Positions 19,417-28,865 are shown, counted from the stretch's first letter. The stretch: 32,000 nucleotides of DNA from Vibrio vulnificus CMCP6 (GCF_000039765.1 NC_004459.3:1560001-1592000), one strand, 5' to 3'. A program made the numbers and translations. Notes: a model not told the origin generated them from the sequence alone.

Positions 19417-19514
19417 GGTCTGGATACCCTTTTGAATACGCAGAAGGGTATCCAGACCAATTCGATTTCCGACAATTCAGTTTGCAGGTGTGACGCTGCA
19501 AGCTTCTGATATAA

Positions 19515-21092
19515 GTGAATTTCATTTTGACTGATTTTGCTGCGCGACTTGAGTTAGTTGCAAGAAACCCAGAAGTGTTTAAACAGTTTGGCCGTGGTGT
19601 GGAGCGTGAAACGTTACGCTACAGCCAAAATGGTCGGATAGCCACCACCATGCATCCTCAAGGCTTGGGTTCTGCGTTTACCAATCAGTGGATCACCACC
19701 GACTTTGCAGAGTCGTTGTTAGAATTCATTACCCCTGTTTCTCATGACATCGATGTTTTGTTGGGCCAGTTGGATGACATTCATCATTTCACTCAAACTC
19801 AGTTGGGTGAAGAGAAAATGTGGCCGATGTCGATGCCTTGTTATGTCGAGACTGAAGATCAAATTACTTTGGCGCAGTACGGCAGCTCAAACTCGGCCAA
19901 AATGAAAACCCTCTATCGAGAAGGCTTGAAGCGCCGCTATGGTAGCCTCATGCAGATCATTTCCGGCGTGCACTTTAACTTCTCATTTCCTGAGAGCTTT
20001 TGGGATGCGCTGCATGGTGAGCAAACAGAAGATGAGCGCCAAGCAACGAAGTCGGAAGCCTATTTTGGCCTAATTCGTAACTATTACCGCTTTGGTTGGC
20101 TGATCCCTTATTTCTTTGGTGCGTCACCCGCAATGTGTTCCTCGTTTCTTCAAGGGCGTGAGACGTCGTTGCCTTTTGAAGCGTTGGGGAAAACTTTATA
20201 TTTACCTAAGGCGACGTCGCTACGCTTGAGTGATTTGGGCTACACCAATAGCGCTCAAAGTGTACTGACGATTGGCTTTAACAGCATTGACGAATACCTA
20301 GAAGGGCTAACTAAAGCCATTCGCACACCTTCGGCTGAGTTTGCCAAGTTGGGTGTGAAGGAAAATGGCGAATATCGCCAGCTCAACAGTAACGTACTGC
20401 AAATTGAAAATGAGCTCTATGCTCCGATTCGACCGAAGCGTGTGGCAAAAAATGGTGAGAAACCATCAGAAGCACTGGCGCGAGGTGGGGTGGAATACAT
20501 CGAAGTTCGCTCGCTGGATGTGAACCCATTTACGCCAGTGGGTATCACGGAAACTCAAGTGCGTTTCCTCGATTTGTTCTTAACTTGGGCTGCCTTGTCT
20601 GAGTCGCAACCAATGGATCAATGTGAACTGGCTTGCTGGCGAGAAAACTGGAACAAGGTGGTGGTATCTGGTCGTGAGTATGGTTTAGAGCTGCAGATCG
20701 GTTGTAAAGGTGAAAAGCTTAGCTTACAAGCTTGGGCTCATCGTGTGTTTGCAGAGCTGCGCCAGTTAGCGGAAGTGATGGACAGTGCTCACGGTGACAA
20801 TCAGTACAGCCTCGCTTGTAGTGAGCTGGAACAGTGGATTGACCATCCAGAAAAAACGTTGTCTGCACAGCTACTTACTTTGATTCAGCAAAATGGTAGT
20901 TTGGGAGCAACGGGGTGTGAGTTGGGGGGGGCATATCGTGAGCAAAACTTAGCGCATCACTATCGTCACTTCTCTCTGCAGCAAATGGAACAAGAAGTTG
21001 CGCTCTCCCTCATTAAACAGAGCCAAATTGAACAAGCCGATGAGGTGGATTTCGATACCTATTTGGCCGATTACTTTGCCTACTTAAAATAG
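19515..21092 (+). CDS. gshA: Glutamate--cysteine ligase
   Basis: 525 aa with [21 protein letters not shown] and [15 protein letters not shown], collinear with E. coli GshA. The start is non-ATG (GTG 19515 or TTG 19527) without an obvious SD. Confidence 0.93.
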   Translation: MNFILTDFAARLELVARNPEVFKQFGRGVERETLRYSQNGRIATTMHPQGLGSAFTNQWITTDFAESLLEFITPVSHDIDVLLGQLDDIHHFTQTQLGEEKMWPMSMPCYVETEDQITLAQYGSSNSAKMKTLYREGLKRRYGSLMQIISGVHFNFSFPESFWDALHGEQTEDERQATKSEAYFGLIRNYYRFGWLIPYFFGASPAMCSSFLQGRETSLPFEALGKTLYLPKATSLRLSDLGYTNSAQSVLTIGFNSIDEYLEGLTKAIRTPSAEFAKLGVKENGEYRQLNSNVLQIENELYAPIRPKRVAKNGEKPSEALARGGVEYIEVRSLDVNPFTPVGITETQVRFLDLFLTWAALSESQPMDQCELACWRENWNKVVVSGREYGLELQIGCKGEKLSLQAWAHRVFAELRQLAEVMDSAHGDNQYSLACSELEQWIDHPEKTLSAQLLTLIQQNGSLGATGCELGGAYREQNLAHHYRHFSLQQMEQEVALSLIKQSQIEQADEVDFDTYLADYFAYLK

Positions 21093-21129
21093 GGAATCGG
21101 CAATGACAGGAGCCTCTGCTGAAAGAGGG

Positions 21130-21735
21130 ATGAGTAAGATTGCTCGTCGTGTGTTGTTGCTCGGTTTGGTGGGGTTATCTGGCTGTGCGACTACCCCGCC
21201 GGCGCAGCAAAATAACTTATGTGACATTTTCCGTGAGAAACCTCGCTGGTATAAAGATGCCTTAGCGATGGAAAAGGAGTGGGGTACCCCGATTCAAGTC
21301 GCGATGGCGTTTGTCAAACAAGAAAGCAGCTTTCGCCACGACGCAAGACCGCCAAAAGACTATATACTTGGGTTTATTCCTTGGGGCCACGTGAGTAGTG
21401 CGTATGGTTATGCTCAAGCACAAGATCCGGCTTGGGAAGATTTTCAGCGTGCCACAGGACATGGCGGCTCACGGACTAACTTTGATGACTCATTGATGTT
21501 CATTGGTTGGTATACCAGTGAAACACGTAAGCAGTTGGGGGTTTCCTTATGGGACCCTTACAATCAGTATCTCGCTTATCACGAAGGTCGAGGTGGTTAT
21601 CAGCGTAAGAGCTATCAAAGGAAGCCCTCGCTCATCAAGGTAGCCCGTAAAGTGGAACAACAAACAAAAGATTATGGCTGGCAGTTAAAACAGTGCCGTC
21701 AAGAATTGGAAGATAATCGAAGCTGGTTTTTCTAA
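21130..21735 (+). CDS. Lipoprotein with SLT-type lytic transglycosylase-like motifs
   Basis: Signal peptide with lipobox LSGC (MSKIARRVLLLGLVGLSGCATT). QESSF, GYAQA and AYHEG are spaced like SLT motifs I-III (ES, GLMQ, AYNxG). ATG 21130 is preceded by AGAGGG. The track start at 21103 is an upstream extension. Confidence 0.6.
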   Translation: MSKIARRVLLLGLVGLSGCATTPPAQQNNLCDIFREKPRWYKDALAMEKEWGTPIQVAMAFVKQESSFRHDARPPKDYILGFIPWGHVSSAYGYAQAQDPAWEDFQRATGHGGSRTNFDDSLMFIGWYTSETRKQLGVSLWDPYNQYLAYHEGRGGYQRKSYQRKPSLIKVARKVEQQTKDYGWQLKQCRQELEDNRSWFF

Positions 21736-21785
21736 ATCAGTAAAGTCCTCTGAGCATCAAGGACGAATAGAGCAGGAGAGAAGTA

Positions 21786-22304
21786 ATGCCATTATTAGAT
21801 AGTTTTACCGTTGACCACACTCGCATGCATGCACCCGCGGTGCGTGTGGCAAAAACCATGCAGACGCCAAAAGGCGACACCATTACCGTGTTTGACTTAC
21901 GTTTCACTGCACCTAACAAAGATATTTTGTCAGAGAAAGGCATTCACACTTTGGAGCACCTGTACGCAGGCTTTATGCGTAAGCATCTTAATGGCGCATC
22001 GGTTGAGATCATCGATATCTCACCGATGGGTTGTCGTACCGGTTTCTACATGAGCTTAATTGGTGCGCCGAGTGAGCAAGACGTGGCATCTGCGTGGACG
22101 GCTTCGATGGAAGATGTGTTGAAAGTGGAAAGCCAAAACAAGATCCCTGAGTTGAACGAGTATCAGTGCGGTACCGCAGCCATGCACTCGCTAGATGAAG
22201 CGAAGCAAATCGCACAAAACATTCTGGCAGCAGGAATTTCGGTGAATAAAAATGATGAACTGGCATTGCCAGAAGCGATGTTGAAAGAGCTCAAAGTGGA
22301 TTAA
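21786..22304 (+). CDS. luxS: S-ribosylhomocysteine lyase (autoinducer-2 synthase)
   Basis: [14 protein letters not shown]...[14 protein letters not shown]...[10 protein letters not shown] contains the HxxEH and Cys metal ligands. It is very close to Vibrio LuxS. Confidence 0.97.
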   Translation: MPLLDSFTVDHTRMHAPAVRVAKTMQTPKGDTITVFDLRFTAPNKDILSEKGIHTLEHLYAGFMRKHLNGASVEIIDISPMGCRTGFYMSLIGAPSEQDVASAWTASMEDVLKVESQNKIPELNEYQCGTAAMHSLDEAKQIAQNILAAGISVNKNDELALPEAMLKELKVD

Positions 22305-22325
22305 CCCATCGCGTACTAACATCAT

Positions 22326-22363
22326 AAAAAAAGAAAGGCCCAGTGTTCACGCTGGGCCTTTTC
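22326..22363. terminator. Bidirectional terminator between convergent luxS and the yfjD-like gene
   Basis: AAGGCCCAG (22335-22343) pairs with CTGGGCCTT (22352-22360). An A-run lies upstream and a T-run downstream. Confidence 0.8.
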
Positions 22364-22393
22364 ATTCCTTGGTGTAAAGTCGGGCTAATGCCG

Positions 22394-23671
22394 TTAGGTC
22401 GTTTTGCGTTTTCGCTTAGGAAAGACTTTTACCGACTTAATTCGGTTTTCTTCAAGTTCCACAATTTCCATCGCGTGGCCGGCCACTTTCACACTGAGGT
22501 GGCTTTCTGGAATGTCTTCTAAGTGCTCCAAAATTAAGCCATTGAGTGTTCTAGGACCATCGGTTGGCAGTTTCCATTTCAAACCTTTATTGATATCACG
22601 GATGTTGGTGCTTCCTTCAATAAGGAAACTGCCGTCGCCTTGCGGAGTAATCTCATCTGAAAGGCTTGGTGCAATCGAGGTGGTAAATTCACCCACGATC
22701 TCTTCTAGAATGTCTTCCAGTGTCACTAGGCCGATAATATCGCCATATTCATCGACAATCAGGCCGATGCGCTGTTTATTGCGTTGGAACTTGAGTAGCT
22801 GAACATTGAGTGGGGTGCTTTCGGGAATGAAATAGACCTCATCTGCCGCTCGTAGCAAGGTCTCTTTGTTGAACTCATTCTTCTCAAGCATCAAGCGATA
22901 CGCTTCTCGTAACCTTAACATACCAACGGCTTCGTCGATTTTGTCGCGATACAAGACAATGCGGCCATGAGGAGAGTGAGTCAGCTGACGGACAATGGAT
23001 TTCCAATCGTCATTGATATCAATGCCGGTAATCTCATTACGCGGGATCATGATGTCATTCACCGTGACGTGTTCTAAATCCAAAATGGAAACCAGCATAT
23101 CTTGGTGTCGCTGGGGGATTAAGCTGCCCGCTTCGTTTACCACGGTACGCAATTCTTCGGAGCTGAGATTGTCTTCGCCGTTGTGTTGCGCTTTCAAACC
23201 AAGTAAGCGAATGAAACCATTGGTAATAAAATTCACCAACATCACCAAAGGCGAAAGCAGTTTCATCAAAACCACCAGCAAAATGCTGCTCGCGTATGAA
23301 ACTCGTTCAGGATAGAGTGCGGCCACGGTTTTAGGGGTGACTTCTGCAAAAACCAAAACGACTAAGGTAAGGGCACCGGTTGCAATTGCAACACCCAAAT
23401 CACCATAAAGGCGCATGCCGAGAATGGTCGCAATGGCGGAGGCAAGAATATTGACAAGGTTGTTACCGATAAGAATCAAACCAATTAATCGGTCTGGGCG
23501 GCTCAGTAACTTTTCGACACGCTTAGCCCCTTTGTGCCCAGAATTGGCGAGGTGCTTTAAGCGATATCGGTTCAGTGACATCATCCCTGTCTCTGAACCA
23601 GAGAAATAGCCTGAAATGACGATAAGACACGCGAGTAGCGCAAATAAGATACCCGTAGATATGTCGTCCAA
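22394..23671 (-). CDS. yfjD: HlyC/CorC-family transporter (DUF21 membrane domain, CBS pair, CorC_HlyC C-terminal domain), E. coli YfjD-like
   Basis: N-terminus (M)DDISTGILFALLACLIVISGYFSGSETGMMSLNRYRLKH is collinear with E. coli YfjD, and the ypjD-yfjD pair sits opposite ffh as in E. coli. The start codon is TTG at 23671. Confidence 0.85.
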   Translation of the reverse strand: MDDISTGILFALLACLIVISGYFSGSETGMMSLNRYRLKHLANSGHKGAKRVEKLLSRPDRLIGLILIGNNLVNILASAIATILGMRLYGDLGVAIATGALTLVVLVFAEVTPKTVAALYPERVSYASSILLVVLMKLLSPLVMLVNFITNGFIRLLGLKAQHNGEDNLSSEELRTVVNEAGSLIPQRHQDMLVSILDLEHVTVNDIMIPRNEITGIDINDDWKSIVRQLTHSPHGRIVLYRDKIDEAVGMLRLREAYRLMLEKNEFNKETLLRAADEVYFIPESTPLNVQLLKFQRNKQRIGLIVDEYGDIIGLVTLEDILEEIVGEFTTSIAPSLSDEITPQGDGSFLIEGSTNIRDINKGLKWKLPTDGPRTLNGLILEHLEDIPESHLSVKVAGHAMEIVELEENRIKSVKVFPKRKRKTT

Positions 23672-23757
23672 AACTCAAATTTTCCTTTTGTTATCCTGAT
23701 AAATGACAGTGCTATTACGCGTTATAGCTGTCCTAAAAATGACAGTACATTATGGGT

Positions 23758-24552
23758 TTAGCTCAGTATGATCTCTTTTACAAAGCGGCTACCAAAATAG
23801 GCCAGGGTTAATAAAGTTGCCCCTGCGACAGCAAACCAGGTCACTTTTTTTCCGCGCCAGCCTTTTTGATAATGCCCCCACAGCAACGTGGAGTAAACCA
23901 ACCAAGCGATAAACGACAGCACCGCTTTATGCGCTTTTCCTTCCGCAAACATATCGTGAACAAAAACAAACCCAGTTGCCAACGTTGCCGTTAACAGTAG
24001 ATTGCCGATCATAATGATTTTAAACAGCTGTCTTTCCACCATTAACAGTGGCGGTAGGTTTGGATTAATGACTAATGATTTTTTCGCTTTCAGTTTATGG
24101 TCTAGCCAAGCCAATTGAAGTGCGTATAGCGCGCCAATGGTCAACGTGGCATAAGAAAACAGTGCCAAGGAAATATGGATTAACAGCTTAGGGTCATTCT
24201 CTAAATGCTTAATGAAAGTGCTGGGTAAAAACGTCGCAGCAGAGAGATTAATGGCGGCAAAGCTATAGACGACAGGCAATAAGAACCATAAACGGTTTTT
24301 AAGCATCGCGGCACTCATCACCAAGGAGATGATGAAGCTGATCAACGACGCGACATTTAAAATACTGAGATTTTGACCATACCCTTCAAAAATGAGATCG
24401 CTCAATAGCCACGCGTGAAAGACCAGTGCCAAAGAAGCACTAATTAAAACGGTTTTGGCCTTTATCCCCGTTTGGTGTGCAAGTCCCGGAACGATCGTGG
24501 CGATGGCTAATCCGTAGAGAATCGTGGCACCAATGGCAATTATGCTGTCCAT
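23758..24552 (-). CDS. ypjD: Cytochrome c assembly (CcsA/CcmC-like) family inner membrane protein YpjD
   Basis: 264-aa polytopic membrane protein divergent from ffh, as E. coli ypjD is. ATG 24552 (MDSIIAIGATILYG) is preceded by CAGGA. The track start at 24630 is an upstream extension. Confidence 0.75.
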   Translation of the reverse strand: MDSIIAIGATILYGLAIATIVPGLAHQTGIKAKTVLISASLALVFHAWLLSDLIFEGYGQNLSILNVASLISFIISLVMSAAMLKNRLWFLLPVVYSFAAINLSAATFLPSTFIKHLENDPKLLIHISLALFSYATLTIGALYALQLAWLDHKLKAKKSLVINPNLPPLLMVERQLFKIIMIGNLLLTATLATGFVFVHDMFAEGKAHKAVLSFIAWLVYSTLLWGHYQKGWRGKKVTWFAVAGATLLTLAYFGSRFVKEIILS

Positions 24553-24765
24553 ATATCCTGAAAGTTGGTCAATAGAATGGGGCAAGTATACCTTGCAACT
24601 GAGCTCTGGGCTACGTTGAATAGAGATCAATGATAAGAGTTGAGATATTGAAATTAATAACTTATCCCCAATAGTGTGGAATAGAGCCGTTTCGCGGGTA
24701 TCTCTGATTCCGTGGCTAAGGTATACTCACCCCAATTTATCGCCGGATTAAGCGTAGAGAACACA

Positions 24766-26142
24766 ATGTTTGAGAATTTAACGGATCGATTATCCAAAAC
24801 GCTGAAGAATATCAGTGGCAAAGGTCGTCTGACAGAAGACAATATCAAAGATACCCTGCGTGAAGTACGAATGGCACTGCTTGAGGCCGATGTTGCCTTA
24901 CCTGTGGTGCGTGAATTTGTCGCTCGCGTAAAAGAAAAAGCCGTTGGTGTGGAAGTGTCGAAATCACTCACTCCCGGTCAAGAGTTCATTAAGATCGTTC
25001 AAGGTGAACTTGAAGCGGTCATGGGTGAATCGAATGAAGCGCTAAACTTAGCGGCGCAACCGCCAGCGGTTATTTTGATGGCGGGTCTACAAGGTGCGGG
25101 TAAAACCACCTCAGTCGGTAAACTATCGAAGCTGCTAAAAGAGCGCGATAAGAAGAAAGTGTTGGTTGTATCAGCCGACGTTTACCGTCCAGCGGCAATC
25201 AAACAGTTAGAAACATTGGCGAGCGACATTGGTGTTGACTTCTTCCCTTCTTCTGCTGACCAAAAGCCGATTGATATCGCCAATGCCGCTATCGACCACG
25301 CGAAAAAGAAATTCTTTGATGTTTTGATCGTCGATACCGCAGGTCGCTTAGCGATTGATGAAGCGATGATGGGCGAGATCCAACAACTTCATAGTGCAAT
25401 TAACCCAGTGGAAACGCTGTTTGTTGTTGATGCCATGACGGGTCAAGATGCCGCCAATACCGCCAAAGCTTTTGGTGACGCTCTGCCACTGACGGGGGTC
25501 ATTCTGACCAAAGTGGATGGCGATGCGCGTGGTGGTGCTGCGCTGTCGGTACGTCATATTACAGGTAAACCAATCAAATTCTTAGGTGTGGGTGAAAAGA
25601 CCGACGCACTTGAGCCATTCCATCCTGATCGTGTTGCTTCACGTATTCTGGGCATGGGGGATGTTCTGTCGCTGATTGAAGATCTGCAACGCAACGTTGA
25701 TACCGAAAAAGCGCAGAAACTGGCGCAAAAGTTCAAAGAGAAAAAAGGCTTTGATCTTGAAGATTTCCGTGAACAACTTGGTCAGATGCAGAACATGGGG
25801 GGCATGATGGGGATGCTGGATAAGCTACCTGGTATGTCTCAATTGCCGTCGGACATCAAAGATAAAGTCGACGACAAGATGTTCAAACAGATGGAAGCGA
25901 TCATCAACTCCATGACGATGAAAGAGCGCCAAAACCCAGATTTGATTAAAGGTTCACGTAAAAAGCGTATCGCTGCTGGTTCTGGCACCCAAGTGCAAGA
26001 TGTGAATCGCCTGTTGAAGCAGTTTACCCAAATGCAAAAGATGATGAAGAAAATGCAGAAGGGTGGCATCAAAGGCATGATGCGCAATATGCAAGGCATG
26101 ATGGGTGGTATGGGCGGTGGATTCAATCCATTCGGCCGATAA
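24766..26142 (+). CDS. ffh: Signal recognition particle protein Ffh
   Basis: MFENLTDRLSKTLKNISGKGRLTEDN, GTPase motifs GLQGAGKTT, DTAGR and TKVDGD, and a methionine-rich M domain at the C-terminus. The true ATG is at 24766. The track start at 24712 is an upstream extension. Confidence 0.97.
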   Translation: MFENLTDRLSKTLKNISGKGRLTEDNIKDTLREVRMALLEADVALPVVREFVARVKEKAVGVEVSKSLTPGQEFIKIVQGELEAVMGESNEALNLAAQPPAVILMAGLQGAGKTTSVGKLSKLLKERDKKKVLVVSADVYRPAAIKQLETLASDIGVDFFPSSADQKPIDIANAAIDHAKKKFFDVLIVDTAGRLAIDEAMMGEIQQLHSAINPVETLFVVDAMTGQDAANTAKAFGDALPLTGVILTKVDGDARGGAALSVRHITGKPIKFLGVGEKTDALEPFHPDRVASRILGMGDVLSLIEDLQRNVDTEKAQKLAQKFKEKKGFDLEDFREQLGQMQNMGGMMGMLDKLPGMSQLPSDIKDKVDDKMFKQMEAIINSMTMKERQNPDLIKGSRKKRIAAGSGTQVQDVNRLLKQFTQMQKMMKKMQKGGIKGMMRNMQGMMGGMGGGFNPFGR

Positions 26143-26189
26143 CATGATTTAGGCTCTAGCACTTGTTTGTAGCTAGAGCCTAGCATTCT

Positions 26190-26220
26190 CCTCAATCCTC
26201 AATCCTCAATCCTCAATCCT
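26190..26220. repeat. Perfect heptanucleotide tandem repeat (CCTCAAT) x 4, plus a partial CCT
   Basis: Units at 26190-26196, 26197-26203, 26204-26210 and 26211-26217, then CCT. The repeat is intergenic between ffh and rpsP, just after the hairpin at 26151-26181. Confidence 0.95.
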
Positions 26221-26295
26221 TAGCCACTTTTCAACTTGTTACCTCCATCACAAACTCAAAAATGAATTTATGTTGGTGAAAAAGTAACAACCCCC

Positions 26296-26323
26296 TTGCA
26301 TTCATGCCTAATAAGAGTAAAAT
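26296..26323 (+). promoter_or_regulatory. Candidate promoter of the rpsP-rimM-trmD-rplS operon
   Basis: TTGCAT (26296-26301), 16 nt, then TAAAAT (26318-26323), about 95 nt upstream of rpsP. Confidence 0.35.
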
Positions 26324-26416
26324 TCCGGAGCTTTATTTTGGTACGAGACCCCAAACTGTTTAGTGATACATGGTTTCTGGGGTTAATTTTATTTTTGAGA
26401 AAGCAAAGAGGACGAC

Positions 26417-26665
26417 ATGGTAACCATTCGTTTGGCACGTCACGGCGCTAAAAAGCGTCCATTTTATCAAATCGTAGTAGCGGACAGCCGCAATGTTGCA
26501 ACTGGCCGTTTCATCGAGAAAGTTGGTTTCTTTAACCCAACTGCACAAGGTCAAGAAGAAGGTCTACGTATCGACCTAGATCGCGTTAACCACTGGGTTG
26601 GTCAAGGCGCATCTCTATCTGACCGTGTTGCTAAGCTAGTTAAAGACGCTCAAAAAGCGGCTTAA
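26417..26665 (+). CDS. rpsP: 30S ribosomal protein S16
   Basis: [26 protein letters not shown] is a canonical S16 sequence. AAGAGGA lies upstream. Confidence 0.97.
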   Translation: MVTIRLARHGAKKRPFYQIVVADSRNVATGRFIEKVGFFNPTAQGQEEGLRIDLDRVNHWVGQGASLSDRVAKLVKDAQKAA

Positions 26666-26680
26666 TTAAGAAACTAGTGT

Positions 26681-27229
26681 ATGTCGATGAAAGGTAAAGA
26701 AACAATGAGTGATGAGCGTATTGTTGTTGGTAAATTTGGTTCTACTTACGGCATTCGTGGTTGGCTCAAAGTTTTTTCCTACACAGACAATGCCGAAAGC
26801 CTATTTGATTACAGCCCTTGGTACGTTAACCAAAAAGGCGAGTGGGTCGAGTTCAAGGTGGAAAGCTGGAAGCGCCATAACAAAGGTATGGTGGCTAAGC
26901 TGGAAGGTCTAGATGTTCGCGAAGACGCGCATCTCCTGACTAACCTTGAGATCGCTATTGACCCTGCTGTACTACCTGAATTGTCAGAAGATGAATTCTA
27001 CTGGCGAGAATTGTTTGGAATGCAAGTGGTAACCACCAATGGTTACGATCTGGGTGTCGTTACTGACATGCTAGAAACGGGCTCAAACGATGTTCTCGTA
27101 GTAAAAGCAAATCTAAAAGATGCTTTTGGGCAAAAGGAACGTTTAATTCCGTTCCTTGAAGAGCAAGTGATCATCAAAGTTGATCGCGAAGCTCAACGGA
27201 TCGAAGTTGACTGGGATCCTGGATTCTAA
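26681..27229 (+). CDS. rimM: 16S rRNA processing protein RimM
   Basis: [22 protein letters not shown] plus a PRC-barrel C-terminal part. It occupies the conserved operon position. The start could also be 26687 or 26705. Confidence 0.92.
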   Translation: MSMKGKETMSDERIVVGKFGSTYGIRGWLKVFSYTDNAESLFDYSPWYVNQKGEWVEFKVESWKRHNKGMVAKLEGLDVREDAHLLTNLEIAIDPAVLPELSEDEFYWRELFGMQVVTTNGYDLGVVTDMLETGSNDVLVVKANLKDAFGQKERLIPFLEEQVIIKVDREAQRIEVDWDPGF

Positions 27230-27256
27230 TCTCCAAAGCTACAGAGCGAGATAAAC

Positions 27257-28006
27257 ATGTGGGTTGGCGTAATTAGCCTTTTTCCTGAAATGTTCCGTTC
27301 TGTTACTGATTTTGGAGTAACAGGTCAAGCGGTTAAAAAAGGTCTTTTATCGATTGAGACTTGGAATCCTCGCGATTTCACTCACGATAAACATCGCACA
27401 GTTGATGACCGACCTTATGGTGGTGGCCCTGGTATGTTAATGATGGTTCAGCCTTTGCGCGATGCCATTCATGCAGCCAAACAAGCCTCACCAGGTAAGA
27501 CGAAAGTCATTTACCTTTCTCCTCAAGGTCGTAAGCTCGACCAACAAGGAGTGGAAGAATTGGCAACCAATGAGAACTTGCTTCTGATTTGTGGCCGATA
27601 CGAAGGGGTAGATGAGCGCATCATTCAATCTGAAGTTGACGAAGAATGGTCAATCGGAGATTTTGTGATGACGGGTGGTGAAATACCAGCCATGACGTTG
27701 ATTGATTCTGTCTCACGGTTTGTTCCGGGAGTATTAGGGGATTTTGCGTCGGCAGAAGAAGATTCTTTTGCTAATGGCTTGCTAGATTGCCCTCACTATA
27801 CGCGTCCTGAAGTGTTGGATGGCAAAGAAGTACCTGAGGTACTGATGTCCGGCAACCATAAGGAAATTCGTCGTTGGCGACTAAAACAGTCGTTAGGCCG
27901 CACCTGGCAAAGAAGACCAGAGCTCCTGGAAAACCTAGCTCTGACTGACGAACAGGAACAATTACTTGCTGAGTTCATTCAAGAAACTCACCATAAGCGC
28001 AAGTAA
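27257..28006 (+). CDS. trmD: tRNA (guanine37-N1)-methyltransferase TrmD
   Basis: [13 protein letters not shown]...[11 protein letters not shown]...[10 protein letters not shown] are TrmD signature segments. Confidence 0.96.
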   Translation: MWVGVISLFPEMFRSVTDFGVTGQAVKKGLLSIETWNPRDFTHDKHRTVDDRPYGGGPGMLMMVQPLRDAIHAAKQASPGKTKVIYLSPQGRKLDQQGVEELATNENLLLICGRYEGVDERIIQSEVDEEWSIGDFVMTGGEIPAMTLIDSVSRFVPGVLGDFASAEEDSFANGLLDCPHYTRPEVLDGKEVPEVLMSGNHKEIRRWRLKQSLGRTWQRRPELLENLALTDEQEQLLAEFIQETHHKRK

Positions 28007-28047
28007 CCTATTTAATTTAGTATCAGTTTATTCTAGGAATATTAAAA

Positions 28048-28401
28048 ATGAGTAACATCATCAAAGCTCTTGAGCAAGAGCAAATGAAACAAGACCTACC
28101 TAAATTTGCACCAGGTGACACTGTTGTTGTTCAGGTTAAGGTAAAAGAAGGTAACCGTGAGCGTCTACAGGCGTACGAAGGCGTTGTAATCGCTATTCGT
28201 AACCGTGGTCTACACTCTGCATTCACTGTTCGTAAGATCTCTAACGGTGAAGGTGTTGAGCGTACGTTCCAAACTCACTCTCCAGTTGTTGATAGCATCG
28301 AAGTTAAACGCCGTGGTGCAGTACGTCGTGCCAAGTTGTACTACCTACGTGAGCGTTCTGGTAAGTCAGCTCGTATCAAAGAGAAACTTGCTAAGAAGTA
28401 A
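28048..28401 (+). CDS. rplS: 50S ribosomal protein L19
   Basis: [49 protein letters not shown] is a canonical L19 sequence. Confidence 0.97.
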
Positions 28402-28429
28402 TGCTATAACTAGCGTTCTCATAGTATTA

Positions 28430-28459
28430 GCGGAGACTATTTGGTCTCCGCTTTTTTTT
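28430..28459 (+). terminator. rplS operon Rho-independent terminator
   Basis: GCGGAGAC (28430-28437) pairs with GTCTCCGC (28444-28451), followed by T8 (28452-28459). Confidence 0.9.
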
Positions 28460-28526
28460 CGTTCATCTGCATGAGGACACGATTCTCGAGGGTGTCTTGA
28501 TTTATTGATTGCTTAAATAGCGGCAA

Positions 28527-28555
28527 TAAAAAAGGTTGATGCGTGAACATCAACC
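28527..28555 (-). terminator. Rho-independent terminator of the pil-coaE-zapD-yacG transcription unit (minus strand)
   Basis: GGTTGATG (28534-28541) pairs with CATCAACC (28548-28555). On the minus strand the stem is followed by T6 (the plus-strand A-run 28528-33). Confidence 0.8.
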
Positions 28556-28566
28556 CTATTTAATCA

Positions 28567-28606
28567 CTAGAAAACTAGAAAACTAGAAAACTAGAAAACT
28601 AGAAAA
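28567..28606. repeat. Perfect octanucleotide tandem repeat (CTAGAAAA) x 5
   Basis: Five exact units span 28567-28606. The repeat starts 2 nt beyond the yacG stop codon (28609-28611) and lies upstream of the minus-strand terminator, so it is inside the yacG 3' UTR. Confidence 0.95.
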
Positions 28607-28608
28607 CG

Positions 28609-28803
28609 TTAATACTGCTCTTCAGACCAACCGTCACTGTCAGACATATCTGGCGCACCCGGTATGGCATTTTCTTCATCGGCCCATTCGCCAAAGTCGA
28701 TCATTTGGCATTTTTTACTGCAGAAAGGGCGATGAGGGCTTTGCTCTCCCCATTCCACATTGGTGCCACATTGAGGGCATTTAACTATGGTTATTTTTGT
28801 CAT
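28609..28803 (-). CDS. yacG: DNA gyrase inhibitor YacG (zinc-finger protein)
   Basis: [41 protein letters not shown] has the CxxC...CxxxC zinc finger and is collinear with E. coli YacG (about 65 aa). The ATG is at 28803. The track start at 28824 adds 7 unlikely residues. Confidence 0.85.
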   Translation of the reverse strand: MTKITIVKCPQCGTNVEWGEQSPHRPFCSKKCQMIDFGEWADEENAIPGAPDMSDSDGWSEEQY

Positions 28804-28865
28804 AAAGATAGAACCGTAAAACAAAGTGGTTTACTAAAAATAGTGATATTCATTCTGTGTGGACG

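Noticed and set aside
23701-23746. A 10-bp direct repeat, AAATGACAGT, at 23701-23710 and 23737-23746 in the ypjD-yfjD intergenic gap
   Set aside because: It is real but short, with only two copies in an 86-bp AT-rich spacer. It might be a regulatory site for the yfjD-like gene, but nothing in the sequence alone supports that.
26190-26220. The minus-strand reading of the heptamer repeat, (AUUGAGG)n, as a CsrA-titrating GGA-repeat sRNA, suggested by csrA being in the same window
   Set aside because: I could find no promoter or terminator on the minus strand around it. There are only four GGA motifs, and none sits in a hairpin loop as in CsrB/CsrC-type RNAs.
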